A stretch of DNA of 64,000 bases from an uncultured Thermoanaerobaculia bacterium. GTDB taxonomy: Bacteria; Acidobacteriota; Thermoanaerobaculia; Multivoradales; SZUA-115. Position numbers and translations under genes: made by a program. The DNA lies in assembly GCA_964420075.1 (NCBI GenBank), contig CAYQRE010000022.1, positions 5,825 through 69,824 on the forward strand, written 5' to 3'. This document shows positions 8,909 through 18,645 of this stretch, in pieces (position 1 is the first letter of the stretch; the number at the start of each line of letters is the position of its first letter). The notes beneath the pieces were generated by a model. The model was not told the DNA's origin. It was given only the letters and a program-made list of their open reading frames with translations, and made no database searches.

Positions 8909-10159
8909 ATGCGGATCGCGATCGTCGGCAGCGGCGTGGCCGGCCTGGTCGCCGCCCATCGCCTGCATCCCCACCATGCGGTGACGGTGTTCGAGGCGGA
9001 CGCCCGGCTCGGGGGCCACGTCCACACCTGGACGGTCCCTGCCGGCGGCCGGGACTATCAGGTCGATACCGGCTTCATCGTCTGCAACGAGCGCAACTAC
9101 CCGAACTTCCTCGCTCTCCTCGCCGAGCTGGGGGTGCGCACCGTGCCGAGCACGATGAGCTTCAGCGTGCGCCACGACGCCGCGCGCCTGGAGTACAACG
9201 GCTCGACCCTCCGCCAGCTGTTCATCCAGCCGAGCAACGTGCTGAGGCCGCGTTTCCTCCGCATGCTGATCGACGTGCTGCGTTTCAACCGCACGGCCGG
9301 GGCCACCGCGGCGGCCGGTGGGCCGGCCCTGACCCTCGGTGATCTGCTTGCCGGCGGCGGCTATTCGCAGGCCTTCCAGGACTGGTACCTGGTGCCGATG
9401 GGCTCGGCCATCTGGTCCCTGCCGCCGGCTCGTGTCCTCGCGATGCCGGCGCGCTTCTTCGTCGACTTCTTCGCCAACCACGGCCTGCTCACGGTCGACG
9501 ACCGCCCCCTCTGGCGGGTGGTGGAGGGCGGCTCGGCGCGCTACGTCGAGGCGCTCGTCGCCCCGTTCCGGGAGCGCATCCGGCTGCGCCATCGGGTACG
9601 CCGGGTGGCGCGCTTCAGCGGCCACGTCGAGGTGGACGGCGAGCCCTTCGATCGCGTGGTGCTGGCCTGCCACAGCGACCAGGCGCTCGCCGTCCTCGCC
9701 GATCCGTCCGCGGCCGAGCGGGAAGTCCTCGGCGCGCTGCCCTTCCAGGCGAACGACGTCGTCCTGCACACGGACACCTCGTTGCTGCCGCGCCACCGCG
9801 GCGCCTGGGGAGCGTGGAACTACCGGGTCGCGGCCGATCCGGCGGCCCCGGTCGTGGTCACCTACAACATGAACCAGCTGCAATCGCTCGACGCCCCGGA
9901 GACCTTCTGCGTCACGCTCAACGCTGGCGACGCGATCGATCCGGCGCGGGTGCTCGGGCGGGTGACTTACCACCATCCGGTGGTCACCCTGGCGGGGGTG
10001 GCGGCGCGGGCACGGCGCGGCGAGGTGAGCGGCCCAAACCGCACGCACTACTGCGGCGCCTATTGGGGCAACGGCTTCCACGAGGACGGCGTGGTGAGCG
10101 GGCTCGCGGTGGTGGACGAGATCGCGGCGGCAGCCCAGCTGCAGGCGGCGGTGGCGTGA
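8909..10159 (+). CDS. FAD/NAD(P)-binding oxidoreductase (amine-oxidase-like; UfaD-like fatty-acid desaturase candidate)
   Basis: Dinucleotide-binding motif at the chosen start (MRIAIVGSGVAGLVAAHRL). It heads the operon conserved with DUF1365 and CFA-synthase-like genes. Confidence 0.8.
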   Translation: MRIAIVGSGVAGLVAAHRLHPHHAVTVFEADARLGGHVHTWTVPAGGRDYQVDTGFIVCNERNYPNFLALLAELGVRTVPSTMSFSVRHDAARLEYNGSTLRQLFIQPSNVLRPRFLRMLIDVLRFNRTAGATAAAGGPALTLGDLLAGGGYSQAFQDWYLVPMGSAIWSLPPARVLAMPARFFVDFFANHGLLTVDDRPLWRVVEGGSARYVEALVAPFRERIRLRHRVRRVARFSGHVEVDGEPFDRVVLACHSDQALAVLADPSAAEREVLGALPFQANDVVLHTDTSLLPRHRGAWGAWNYRVAADPAAPVVVTYNMNQLQSLDAPETFCVTLNAGDAIDPARVLGRVTYHHPVVTLAGVAARARRGEVSGPNRTHYCGAYWGNGFHEDGVVSGLAVVDEIAAAAQLQAAVA

Positions 10160-10929
10160 ACAGCTGCGTCTACCAGGGGACAGTGCGCCACCGGCGGCGC
10201 GCACCTTTGCGGCACGCCTTCCGCTATCGGCTGTTCATGCTCTACCTCGACCTCGATGAGCTGCCGGAGGCCTTCACCGGGCGCTGGTTGTGGTCCGCCC
10301 GCCACCCGGCCCCCGCCTGGTTCCGCCGCGCCGACTACCTGGGTGATCCCGCCGTGCCGCTCGCCGTGGCGGTGCGCGACCTCGTCGCCGCTCGCACCGG
10401 CCGCCGCCCGGCCGGGCCGATTCGCCTGCTCACGCACCTGCGCTACTGGGGCTACCGGCAGAACCCGGTGAGCTTCTACTACTGCTTCGCCGCTGCCGGC
10501 GAGGGGCTCGAAGCCGTCGTCGCCGAGGTCACCAACACGCCGTGGGGCGAGCGGCACGCCTACGTGGTGCCCGTGGACGGGCCGGCGCGGGTGCACCGGG
10601 CGGTCCTCGACAAGGTCTTCCACGTCTCGCCCTTCATGCCGATGGACCAGCGCTACGCCTGGAGCTTCACCACGCCGGGAGAACGCCTCCACTTCCACAT
10701 GCAGAGCCGCCGCGGCGGCGAGCCTGTGTTCGACGCCACGCTCTCCCTCATCCGCTCGCCGCTCAGCGGCCCGGTGCTCGCCCGCTGCCTGGCACGGCAC
10801 CCCTGGATGACGGCTGCGGTCGTCGCCGGCATCTACTGGCAGGCGCTGCGCCTCTGGCTGCGCCGGGCGCCCTTCCACCCGCACCCCAACCCAAGGAGGC
10901 GCGATGCCACTCCTGTCGTCACTCGCTAG
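10156..10929 (+). CDS. DUF1365 family protein (UfaO-like)
   Basis: GTG start overlapping the upstream stop (GTGA). Conserved DUF1365 N-terminus (…VYQGTVRHRR…FRYRLFMLYLDLDEL…). Confidence 0.7.
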   Translation: MNSCVYQGTVRHRRRAPLRHAFRYRLFMLYLDLDELPEAFTGRWLWSARHPAPAWFRRADYLGDPAVPLAVAVRDLVAARTGRRPAGPIRLLTHLRYWGYRQNPVSFYYCFAAAGEGLEAVVAEVTNTPWGERHAYVVPVDGPARVHRAVLDKVFHVSPFMPMDQRYAWSFTTPGERLHFHMQSRRGGEPVFDATLSLIRSPLSGPVLARCLARHPWMTAAVVAGIYWQALRLWLRRAPFHPHPNPRRRDATPVVTR

Positions 10930-12151
10930 GCGCGCCATCCTCGGGCGCCTGGCGCGGCTGCAACATGGTCGCCTGCTCGTCCGCGAAGGCGGCGAGGAGA
11001 TCACCGCTGGGGACCCGGCGGCGCCGCCGGTGATCATCACGGTGCACGATCCGCGTTTTCACGCTGCCGTCGCCTTCGGTGGCGCCGTCGGGGCCGGCGA
11101 GGCCTACGCGGCCGGCTGGTGGTCGAGTGACGATCTGACCGGGATCGTCCGCCTGCTGCTGCGCAACCGTGAGGCCCTGGAAGGCCTCGAGCGAGGATCG
11201 GCGTCGCTTGCCGGCTGGTTGCGCCGAGTCGCCCACGCCCTCAACGCCAACTCGCGGCGCGGGGCCAGGCGCAACATCCGCGAGCATTACGACCTCGGCA
11301 ACGACTTCTTCCGCCTCTTCCTCGACGAGACTCTGACCTACTCCTGCGCCCTCTTCGAGCGTCCGGTCGCGACGCTGACCGAGGCCTCGCTCGCCAAGTA
11401 CGAGCGGATCGCGCAGCTCCTCGACCTCAGGCCGACAGACCACTTGCTCGAGATCGGCACCGGCTGGGGCGGCTTCGCGCTGCATGCGGCGGCGCGCTAC
11501 GGCTGCCGGGTGACCACCACGACGATCTCGCCGGCACAGCTCGCGGTGGCCCGCGAGCGGGTGGCGGCGGCCGGGGTCGGCGACCGCGTGACACTGCTGG
11601 GCGAGGACTATCGTGACCTCAGCGGTACCTACGACAAGCTCGCCTCGATCGAGATGATCGAGGCAGTGGGGCACGAGTACTACGCGACCTACTACCAGCA
11701 ATGCGCCCGGCTGCTGGTACCGCGCGGCCGCGCCGTGATCCAGGCGATCACCATCCCGGACGAGCGCTACGAGGCGGCGCGCCGCGAGGTCGACTTCATC
11801 AAGCGCTACATCTTCCCCGGCGGCTGCATTCCGTCGCGGGGCGTGCTGGCCGCCGCTGCGGCGACGACCGACCTCGCGCTCGTGCAGGCCGACGAGATCG
11901 GCCTGCACTACGCCGAGACCCTGCGGCGGTGGCGGGCCAACCTGCTGGCGCGTCGCCAGGAGATCAAGGCGCTCGGCTACGACGAGCGCTTCCTGCGCCT
12001 CTGGGAGTTCTACTTCTGCTACTGCGAAGGTGCTTTCCTCGAACGGGCGATCGGCGCGGCGCAGCTGCTCTATGCGCGGGCAGCGGCCGAGCTGGTGCCG
12101 CCACTGCCGGTGGCAGCCGTGCCGCGGGCGCCCGCGGAGCTGGCGGCATGA
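10904..12151 (+). CDS. cyclopropane-fatty-acyl-phospholipid synthase family SAM-dependent methyltransferase
   Basis: SAM-binding motif (LLEIGTGWGGFALHAA) and the CFA-synthase C-terminal region (…FLRLWEFYFCYCEGAF…). Confidence 0.8.
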   Translation: MPLLSSLARRAILGRLARLQHGRLLVREGGEEITAGDPAAPPVIITVHDPRFHAAVAFGGAVGAGEAYAAGWWSSDDLTGIVRLLLRNREALEGLERGSASLAGWLRRVAHALNANSRRGARRNIREHYDLGNDFFRLFLDETLTYSCALFERPVATLTEASLAKYERIAQLLDLRPTDHLLEIGTGWGGFALHAAARYGCRVTTTTISPAQLAVARERVAAAGVGDRVTLLGEDYRDLSGTYDKLASIEMIEAVGHEYYATYYQQCARLLVPRGRAVIQAITIPDERYEAARREVDFIKRYIFPGGCIPSRGVLAAAAATTDLALVQADEIGLHYAETLRRWRANLLARRQEIKALGYDERFLRLWEFYFCYCEGAFLERAIGAAQLLYARAAAELVPPLPVAAVPRAPAELAA

Positions 12152-12918
12152 CGGCTGCGCTGCTCTTCGTGCTGGCAGGGTTCGCGCTGCAGGTCGGCCT
12201 GTGGGCCGGGCAGCAGCGCAGCGGCAACGCCGCCTCCGCCGACCTCGGCTGGACGATCCTGGTGGCCGGCGGCGCGCTAGGGGCGGCGCTGGTGAGTGAC
12301 GGCGAGGTGCCGCGGCGCCTCCTCGTCGCGGGGTTGGCGATCGTCTGGGCCCTGCGCCTCGGGGCCTACCTGCTGCGCGACCGCGTTCGTCAGGCCGCGG
12401 AGGAGGATGGCCGCTATCGTAGCCTCCGCGAACACTGGGGGAGCGCTGCCAGCCGCAACTTCCTCTGGCTCTACCTGGCGCAAGTGCCGGTCGCGGCGCT
12501 CTTCGTCACCCCGCTCGCCTTCGCCATGCGCGGTGGGGAGCTGGATGCCTGGGCCGCCGCTGGCGTCGCCGTCTGGCTGGTCGCCACCGCGGGCGAGTGG
12601 CTCGCCGACCGCCAGCTCGCCCGCTTCCGGGCCACACCTGGCAACCGTGGCCAGGTCTGCCGCGCCGGGCTCTGGCACTATTCCAGGCACCCCAACTACT
12701 TCTGCGAGTGGTTGCACTGGTGGGCCTACGTGCTGATCGGCCATGGCCAGCCGCTGACCTTCCTCGGCCCCCTGGTGATGCTGCTCTTCTTGTTCCGCTT
12801 GACGGGCATCCCGTACACCGAGCGCCAGGCGCTAAGGAGCCGCGGCGAGGCCTATCGCGCCTACCAGCGGTCGACGAGCGCGTTCATCCCCTGGCCGCCG
12901 AAGCGGGAAGCGGAATGA
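12148..12918 (+). CDS. DUF1295 family membrane protein (steroid-5α-reductase/ICMT-like)
   Basis: ATG overlaps the upstream stop (ATGA). Hydrophobic, with the C-terminal …GLWHYSRHPNYFCEW… motif typical of DUF1295. Confidence 0.7.
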   Translation: MTAALLFVLAGFALQVGLWAGQQRSGNAASADLGWTILVAGGALGAALVSDGEVPRRLLVAGLAIVWALRLGAYLLRDRVRQAAEEDGRYRSLREHWGSAASRNFLWLYLAQVPVAALFVTPLAFAMRGGELDAWAAAGVAVWLVATAGEWLADRQLARFRATPGNRGQVCRAGLWHYSRHPNYFCEWLHWWAYVLIGHGQPLTFLGPLVMLLFLFRLTGIPYTERQALRSRGEAYRAYQRSTSAFIPWPPKREAE

Positions 12919-13955
12919 GCCTCGACCTCGGCCTAGCGCTCGCCGAGCGGGGCCGCGTCCCCACGCCGCTCCTGCGTTGGGCGATGCGGCGGCTCTGCGC
13001 CGCACGCCTCGGCGAGGTGCGGGCAGCCACCGACGAGCGGCCCTTCTTCACGCGCCTGGCGGCCGCGCGGATCGCCGAAGTCCCGGAGCTCGCCAACGCC
13101 CAGCACTACGAGCTGCCGAGCGAGTTCTTTGCCCTCGTTCTCGGCCCGCAGCGGAAGTACTCCTGCGCCCTCTGGCCGGCGGCCGGCGGCAGCCTCGACG
13201 AGGCGGAGGAGGCGATGTTGGCGTTGACGTGCGAGCGCGCCGGGCTGGCGGACGGCCAGGAGATCTTGGAGCTCGGCTGCGGTTGGGGGTCGCTCTCGCT
13301 CGCCATGGCGCGCCGCTATCCCGCGTCACGGATCGTCGCTGTCTCGAACTCGGCCACGCAGCGCGCCTTCATCACCTCCCAGGGCCTGCCCAACCTCGAG
13401 GTGCGCACGGCCGACATGAACGATTTCGACCCCGGCCAAGCTTTCGATCGCATCGTCAGCGTCGAGATGTTCGAGCACATGCGAGACTGGCCGCGCCTGC
13501 TCGCGCGGGTCGCGGCTTGGCTGCGCGCGGACGGCCGGCTCTTCCTCCACGTCTTCTGCCACGCCACGCACGCCTACCCCTTCGAGGTCGAAGGCTCCGG
13601 CAACTGGATGGGCCGGTACTTCTTCAGCGGTGGCATCATGCCCAGCTACGGGCTCCTGGCCGAGGCGGCACCGGCGAGCCTGCAGCCGGTCGCCGATTGG
13701 TGGCTCGACGGCAGCCACTACCAGCGCACCGCCGCGGCTTGGCGCCACAACCTCGAGGCGCGTCGCGCGGCGGTGATGCGGGTGCTCCGGGAGCACTACG
13801 GGACTGCCGCCTCCCTGTGGTTCGAGCGCTGGCGCCTCTTCTTCCTGGCCTGCGAGGAGCTCTTCGGCTACGGGGGCGGCCGGCAATGGGGCGTGGGCCA
13901 TTACCTCTTGATGCCATCACCAAGGGCCCGCCCGGGCCGAACGGAGGTCGCCTGA
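12915..13955 (+). CDS. SAM-dependent methyltransferase, CFA-synthase-like (second paralog)
   Basis: ATGA overlap with the previous gene. SAM motif (ILELGCGWGSLSLAMA). C-terminal …WRLFFLACEELFGY… typical of the CFA-synthase family. Confidence 0.8.
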   Translation: MSLDLGLALAERGRVPTPLLRWAMRRLCAARLGEVRAATDERPFFTRLAAARIAEVPELANAQHYELPSEFFALVLGPQRKYSCALWPAAGGSLDEAEEAMLALTCERAGLADGQEILELGCGWGSLSLAMARRYPASRIVAVSNSATQRAFITSQGLPNLEVRTADMNDFDPGQAFDRIVSVEMFEHMRDWPRLLARVAAWLRADGRLFLHVFCHATHAYPFEVEGSGNWMGRYFFSGGIMPSYGLLAEAAPASLQPVADWWLDGSHYQRTAAAWRHNLEARRAAVMRVLREHYGTAASLWFERWRLFFLACEELFGYGGGRQWGVGHYLLMPSPRARPGRTEVA

Positions 13956-13957
13956 CG

Positions 13958-14359
13958 GTGAGCGAGTTCCTCAAGATGTACGCGGTCGGCGTCGTCTCCT
14001 GCTTCGCCCTCGATCTGCTGTGGCTCGGCGTGGTCGCCAAGGGCTTCTACCAACGTCACCTCGGCCTTCTGCTGCGCCCGGACGTCCAGTGGCTGCCGGC
14101 CGTGCTGTTCTACCTGCTCTACGTGGCGGCCCTCGTCGTCTTCGTGGCGGCGCCGGCCGTCGAGCGGCAGTCGCTGGGGCGTGCCGTGGGCCTCGGTGCC
14201 TTCTTCGGCCTGGCCGCCTACGCGGCCTTCGATCTCACCGGCCTGGCGCTGCTCAGGGACTTCTCCCTCGCCGCGGCGCTCGCCGACCTCGCCTGGGGTG
14301 CCTTCCTCTCCGCCACCGTGAGCACCCTCATCGTCCTCGCCGCACGGGCCTGGGCCTGA
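13958..14359 (+). CDS. DUF2177-like small membrane protein
   Basis: GTG at 13958 preceded by GGAGGT; the alternative start is ATG 13976. Four predicted TM helices (…FYLLYVAALVVFVAAPAVERQS…). Confidence 0.55.
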   Translation: MSEFLKMYAVGVVSCFALDLLWLGVVAKGFYQRHLGLLLRPDVQWLPAVLFYLLYVAALVVFVAAPAVERQSLGRAVGLGAFFGLAAYAAFDLTGLALLRDFSLAAALADLAWGAFLSATVSTLIVLAARAWA

Positions 14360-14523
14360 AGCTCAGCGGTTGACCGCGAGGGGGGCACGAGCGCAGGATC
14401 GGCTCGATGGGCGCCGATTCGACGGGCTCGGTGCTGCTCGGGTCTCGCGGCGAAGGAAGTTCGCTCCGCCGTCATCCAATCTCCACGGCCAGGCGGCAGG
14501 ATCGCTGACGGTCCACCGCCGGC

Positions 14524-16134
14524 TTGGAGATCGCGACGATGACGTCCCTCTCGACAGCAGTCCACTCCGCGATCGCGGGCTCTCGCCGCGCCGGCCCTTG
14601 GCGCCTACCCACGGGCACGGCCCTGGCCGGGCTGACTGCCGTTCTGGTCCTGGCCTTCGCCTTCCAGGGGACGCGCGGCATCTGGGAGCCGGACGAGGGC
14701 TTCTACGCCAACGTCGCCGTCGCCATGATGAAGAGCGGCGATTGGCTGGTCCCCCGCCTCAACGGTGAGCCCTTCCTCGACAAGCCGCCGCTGCTCTACT
14801 GGGCGACGGCGGCGGCGATGCGCTGGGGCGGGGTCGATGAGTGGGCCGCCCGGCTGCCCCAGGGGCTGTGGTACTTCGGCAGCGTCGTCCTGGTCGCGGG
14901 GCTGGCCGGGCGGTGGTGGGGGAGGCGGGCAGGCGTCGTCGCGGGCGGCGTCTACGCCACCACGCTGCTGCCGTTCTTCGCTGCCAACATCTTGACGCCG
15001 GACACGCCGCTCGCCTTCGCCGTGGCGCTCGCCTACTTCTTGTTGGCCGGCCTGCACGCGGCCTCGAGTTGGCTGGCGCGCCTGGTCCGCGGGACCTTCC
15101 TCGGCCTGGCGATCGGCCTCGGCCTGCTCGCCAAGGGGCCGGCGATGCTGGTCTTCGTGGCCCCGTTCGCCGTCATTGCCGTGCTGCGCCGGCGCTCGCT
15201 CGCCGGGCTGTTCGACCTTGGGCTGCTCACCGCCGGGCTCGTCGCCCTGGTGGTTGCGGCCCCCTGGTACGCCGCCATCGCCCGTGCCTTGCCCGGGGCC
15301 GGTGGCTACCTCCTCGATAGCCAGGTGCTCGGCCGGCTGGTGAACGCGGACTTCAGCCGCAACGCCGGCCTCTTCGACGGCTTCGCCGTGTACCTGCCGG
15401 TCCTCCTTGTCGGCGGCTTGCCCTGGAGCGTCGTCTGGCTGCGCCAGCTCGCCGCGGCGCTGCGCCGCGGGTGGCGCGGTCGGCGACTGGCGGAATGGCG
15501 GCCCGCCTGGCCCAGCGCGGGGCCCGAGACCCTCCTCCTCGTCGGCATCGCGCTGCCCCTCGCCGTGCTGCTCGCCGCCCGCTCGCGGCTGCCGCTCTAC
15601 GTGCTGCCCCTCTTCGTGCCGCTCTCCCTGCTCACCGCGCGGCTCCTGGAGGAGCGTCTCGCCGGTACCTCTCCCGCCGGCGGCCGCCGCTGGGTGGGCT
15701 GGGGGCTGGTCGGCTGGGTGCTCCTGCTCCTGGCCCTCAAGGCTGCCGCCGGCTGGCTGCCCTACGGTCTCGACGCCCGGCGCCTCGCCGAAGAGCTCAC
15801 CAGCGCCGGGGTGAGGCCCGATCGTCTGCTCGTGATCGTCAACAGCCGCCGCAACGGCCTGGCGTTCTACGGCTTCCAGAACCTCGAAGCGGTCTCCACC
15901 CTCGAGGTCCCGTACCCCTTCTTCGCCGAGACCGAGAGGCTGAAGGTCGAAGCGGAGGAGATCCGTAGCGGCGAGGCGGCGCCGTTGCTGTTGGTGCCGA
16001 AGCGGACGACACCGCGGGTGGAGGCGGCGATGCGCCGCGTCGGGGTGCCGATGCAGGAGCGCGAGCTGGGTTTCGATCTCTCGTTGCTCTCCCCCGAGAC
16101 CGGCGGCGCTCCGCCGGGGCCGCCTCCGAGCTGA
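14524..16134 (+). CDS. GT39/GT83-family glycosyltransferase (ArnT/PMT-like integral membrane protein)
   Basis: N-terminal TM region with the conserved DEGFYAN… and …FLDKPPLLYW… motifs of ArnT/PMT-type transferases. Confidence 0.75.
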   Translation: MEIATMTSLSTAVHSAIAGSRRAGPWRLPTGTALAGLTAVLVLAFAFQGTRGIWEPDEGFYANVAVAMMKSGDWLVPRLNGEPFLDKPPLLYWATAAAMRWGGVDEWAARLPQGLWYFGSVVLVAGLAGRWWGRRAGVVAGGVYATTLLPFFAANILTPDTPLAFAVALAYFLLAGLHAASSWLARLVRGTFLGLAIGLGLLAKGPAMLVFVAPFAVIAVLRRRSLAGLFDLGLLTAGLVALVVAAPWYAAIARALPGAGGYLLDSQVLGRLVNADFSRNAGLFDGFAVYLPVLLVGGLPWSVVWLRQLAAALRRGWRGRRLAEWRPAWPSAGPETLLLVGIALPLAVLLAARSRLPLYVLPLFVPLSLLTARLLEERLAGTSPAGGRRWVGWGLVGWVLLLLALKAAAGWLPYGLDARRLAEELTSAGVRPDRLLVIVNSRRNGLAFYGFQNLEAVSTLEVPYPFFAETERLKVEAEEIRSGEAAPLLLVPKRTTPRVEAAMRRVGVPMQERELGFDLSLLSPETGGAPPGPPPS

Positions 16135-16198
16135 GTCGGCTGGCGCGTTGCGGGCGTACCGCTGCCCGCGACTGCGGGTTCGGAGGTATTCTCCAGAG

Positions 16199-17635
16199 AT
16201 GGTGCCGCGCACCACCGCCTGTCTCGTCGCCGCTGGCCTCCTCACCGCCTGCATCCACGAAGCACCCAAGCCCCTCGACCTCACGGCCACGGCGGCGCGG
16301 CTTGCCGCGCGGAGCCTGGTGAGCCCCGAGGTCGCAGCCCTCAGCGCGCGGCTTGGTCGCCAGGCCCCCGCGGTGGGGGACGCCTGGGGCCCCGACGACC
16401 TGGTGGTCGCCGCCTGGGCGCTGCGCGCGGAGGTGGCGGCGGGCGCGCTGGAGGTCGCGAAGGCCCGCGGTGCCGAGGAGGGCGCGGGCCGCCGGCAGCG
16501 CCCGGCACTCTCCCTGACGCCTGAGTTTGCGACCCACCTCGAGGGAGCGGCCAACCCGTGGACGATCGCCCTCGCCTTGGCCTGGCCGTTCGAGCTGGGG
16601 GGCAAGCGAGAGGCCCGGCAGAACGAGGCTCGGGCGGCGACCGCCGTCGCCCTCGGGCACTTCGCGGAGACGCTCTGGGCCGTGCGCCAGGAGGTCGTCG
16701 GGGCCCGCTTGGAGCTCGAGATCGCCGCCCGCGAGCTGGCCCTCGCCCACGATGAGGTCGCGGCGCGGCGAGAGCTGGCCGCCTGGGTGGAGACCCTCCT
16801 CCGCCTCGGCGCCGCCTCGCAACCGGAGCGCCAGAGCGCCCTTCTCGAGCTGGCGAAGGCCGAGGCGGCACGGCGCGCCGCGGCGACCGCCGAGCTTGCG
16901 GCGCGCGGCCGCCTGGCGACGGCCCTGGCGCTGCCGCTTCCCAGCCTCGACGGCCTGAGCCTGGCCGAGCTCGACCTGGCAGCCTTGCCAGCGGCAGCCG
17001 AGCTCGCGGAGGCAGACCTCGCCGCCGAGGCGGTGGCCAACCGCCTCGACCTCCACCGCGCGGTGGCCGAGTACGCGGTCGCCGAGGCTGCCTTGGCGAG
17101 CGAGCTCGCCCGCCAGGTGCCGGACCTCACCCTCGGCCCCGGGCTGACCTTCGATCAAGACCAGCGCAAGCTGGTCTTCGGTGCCGGGCTCACCCTGCCG
17201 GACCCCGTCGCGCAACGGCTCGCCATCCGCCAGGCGCTGCTCGGCCGCGAGCAGGTCGGCCTTGCCGTCGAGCGGGTGCAGGCCGCCGCTCTCGCCGCGA
17301 CGGCCGCCGCCAGCGCCGGCTATGCCGCCGCCCAGGAGGCGGTCGCCGAGGCCACGGCGGCGCTCGAAGAAGGGCGCCAGGGTGTGGCCCTGGCGGAGAA
17401 GCGCCTGGCCCTCGGCGCGGGCGATCGCGGTGAGGTGCTGACGGCGCGGGCGCTCGCCGGTGAGCAGCAGCGGGCCTTGCTCACCGCCCAGCGCGCGGCC
17501 GTCGACGCTGTCATGGTGCTCGAAGCGGCAGTCGAGCGCCCCGTCTGGCCGCCGTCGACGCTCGATCTCACGGCCGCCGCCACTCGCCTCGGGGGCCCGG
17601 CGCCGCGGGCGACGGAGGGAGGGACCAAGCCTTGA
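16199..17635 (+). CDS. TolC-family outer-membrane efflux protein (CzcC-like), lipoprotein
   Basis: GGAGGT RBS. Lipobox (LLTAC). Long Ala/Leu coiled-coil repeats as in outer-membrane factors. It is the first gene of an OMF-adaptor-RND operon. Confidence 0.7.
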   Translation: MVPRTTACLVAAGLLTACIHEAPKPLDLTATAARLAARSLVSPEVAALSARLGRQAPAVGDAWGPDDLVVAAWALRAEVAAGALEVAKARGAEEGAGRRQRPALSLTPEFATHLEGAANPWTIALALAWPFELGGKREARQNEARAATAVALGHFAETLWAVRQEVVGARLELEIAARELALAHDEVAARRELAAWVETLLRLGAASQPERQSALLELAKAEAARRAAATAELAARGRLATALALPLPSLDGLSLAELDLAALPAAAELAEADLAAEAVANRLDLHRAVAEYAVAEAALASELARQVPDLTLGPGLTFDQDQRKLVFGAGLTLPDPVAQRLAIRQALLGREQVGLAVERVQAAALAATAAASAGYAAAQEAVAEATAALEEGRQGVALAEKRLALGAGDRGEVLTARALAGEQQRALLTAQRAAVDAVMVLEAAVERPVWPPSTLDLTAAATRLGGPAPRATEGGTKP

Positions 17636-18642
17636 TGCTCGAACCGCGATCCCGGGCGCTGGCGCCCTGGTACCACCACGTTGCCCGTTGGCTCCTCACT
17701 GCCGTCCTCGCGGCGGCGCTGGCCTGCTCTTCGCCCCCGCCGTCACCGGCTCCCGGCAGCCCCGAGAGCGCAGCCGAGGCGGCCCCGGGAGTGGCTGCCG
17801 AGCCGGCCCTGCGCGAGCGGCTGGGTATCGCGCTGGAGCCCCTGGCCGCGGCGAGCCTTGCTCCTAGCCTCGAGGGCTTCGGCAGCGTGCTGGCGGCCGA
17901 GCCGCTGGCCGATCTCGACGCCGAGCTGGCCACCGCGCACACGGCCCTCGCCGCCAGCCAGGCGAGCCGCGAGCGGGCCGCTGCCCTCTACGAGGCGGAC
18001 CAGGCCGGGTCGCTCGCCAACCTCGAGGCCGCGCGCCGCCAGGAGGCGACCGATGCTGCCCAGCTCGAGCGCGCCGAGCGGCGGTTGGCCCTCGCCTGGG
18101 GGCCTGCCTCGCCGTTTCGCGACGAGGCAGAGCGCCGGCGCTGGCTCGCGCGGCTGACCGCGGGGCGGGCCGTCCTCGCGCGCCTGCAGCTGCCGCCCGG
18201 GGTGCCGGCCGGGGCCCTACACTTCGCCGTCGAGCCCCTCTCTGGTCAAGCGTCCTGGACGGCTGAGGCGGTGTGGCCGGCACCGGCCGAGGCGGCGACT
18301 GCCTTGCTGCCCGGACCGAGCTACCTTGCCCTGCTGGCGGGGCCGCACCTGCCCCAGCCGGGCGAGCGCCTGCGGGTGCGGGCGAGCGGCGGCCAGGCGG
18401 CGAGCGGCGTGCTGGTGCCCGAGACGGCGGTGGTGATCGCCGAGGGCGCCGCCTGGGCCTACGTCGAGGTAGGCGGGTGCTGGCTGCGCCGGCCGGTCGA
18501 CCTCGCCCAGCCGCTGCCCGGCGGCTACTTCCAGGCCGCGGGCTTCGCGGTGGGTGAGCCGGTCGTCGGCCGCGGGGCCGGCCTGTTGCTCGCCCTGGAG
18601 GCCGGCGCCGCTCAGCCCGAGAGCGGTGGCGAGGAGGACTGA
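17635..18642 (+). CDS. efflux RND periplasmic adaptor subunit (CzcB-like, atypical Ala-rich)
   Basis: Overlaps the upstream stop. Lipoprotein-like N-terminus (LAACSSPPP). Coiled-coil hairpin region. C-terminal beta-rich domain (…RVRASGGQAASGVLVPETAVVIAEGAAWAYVEV…). Confidence 0.6.
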   Translation: MLEPRSRALAPWYHHVARWLLTAVLAAALACSSPPPSPAPGSPESAAEAAPGVAAEPALRERLGIALEPLAAASLAPSLEGFGSVLAAEPLADLDAELATAHTALAASQASRERAAALYEADQAGSLANLEAARRQEATDAAQLERAERRLALAWGPASPFRDEAERRRWLARLTAGRAVLARLQLPPGVPAGALHFAVEPLSGQASWTAEAVWPAPAEAATALLPGPSYLALLAGPHLPQPGERLRVRASGGQAASGVLVPETAVVIAEGAAWAYVEVGGCWLRRPVDLAQPLPGGYFQAAGFAVGEPVVGRGAGLLLALEAGAAQPESGGEED

Positions 18643-18645
18643 GCC

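Noticed and set aside
14605-17130. 841-aa minus-strand ORF antisense to the GT39 and TolC genes
   Set aside because: Extremely Arg/Ala/Pro-rich low-complexity product. It fully overlaps two well-supported plus-strand genes. It is a typical GC-rich shadow ORF.
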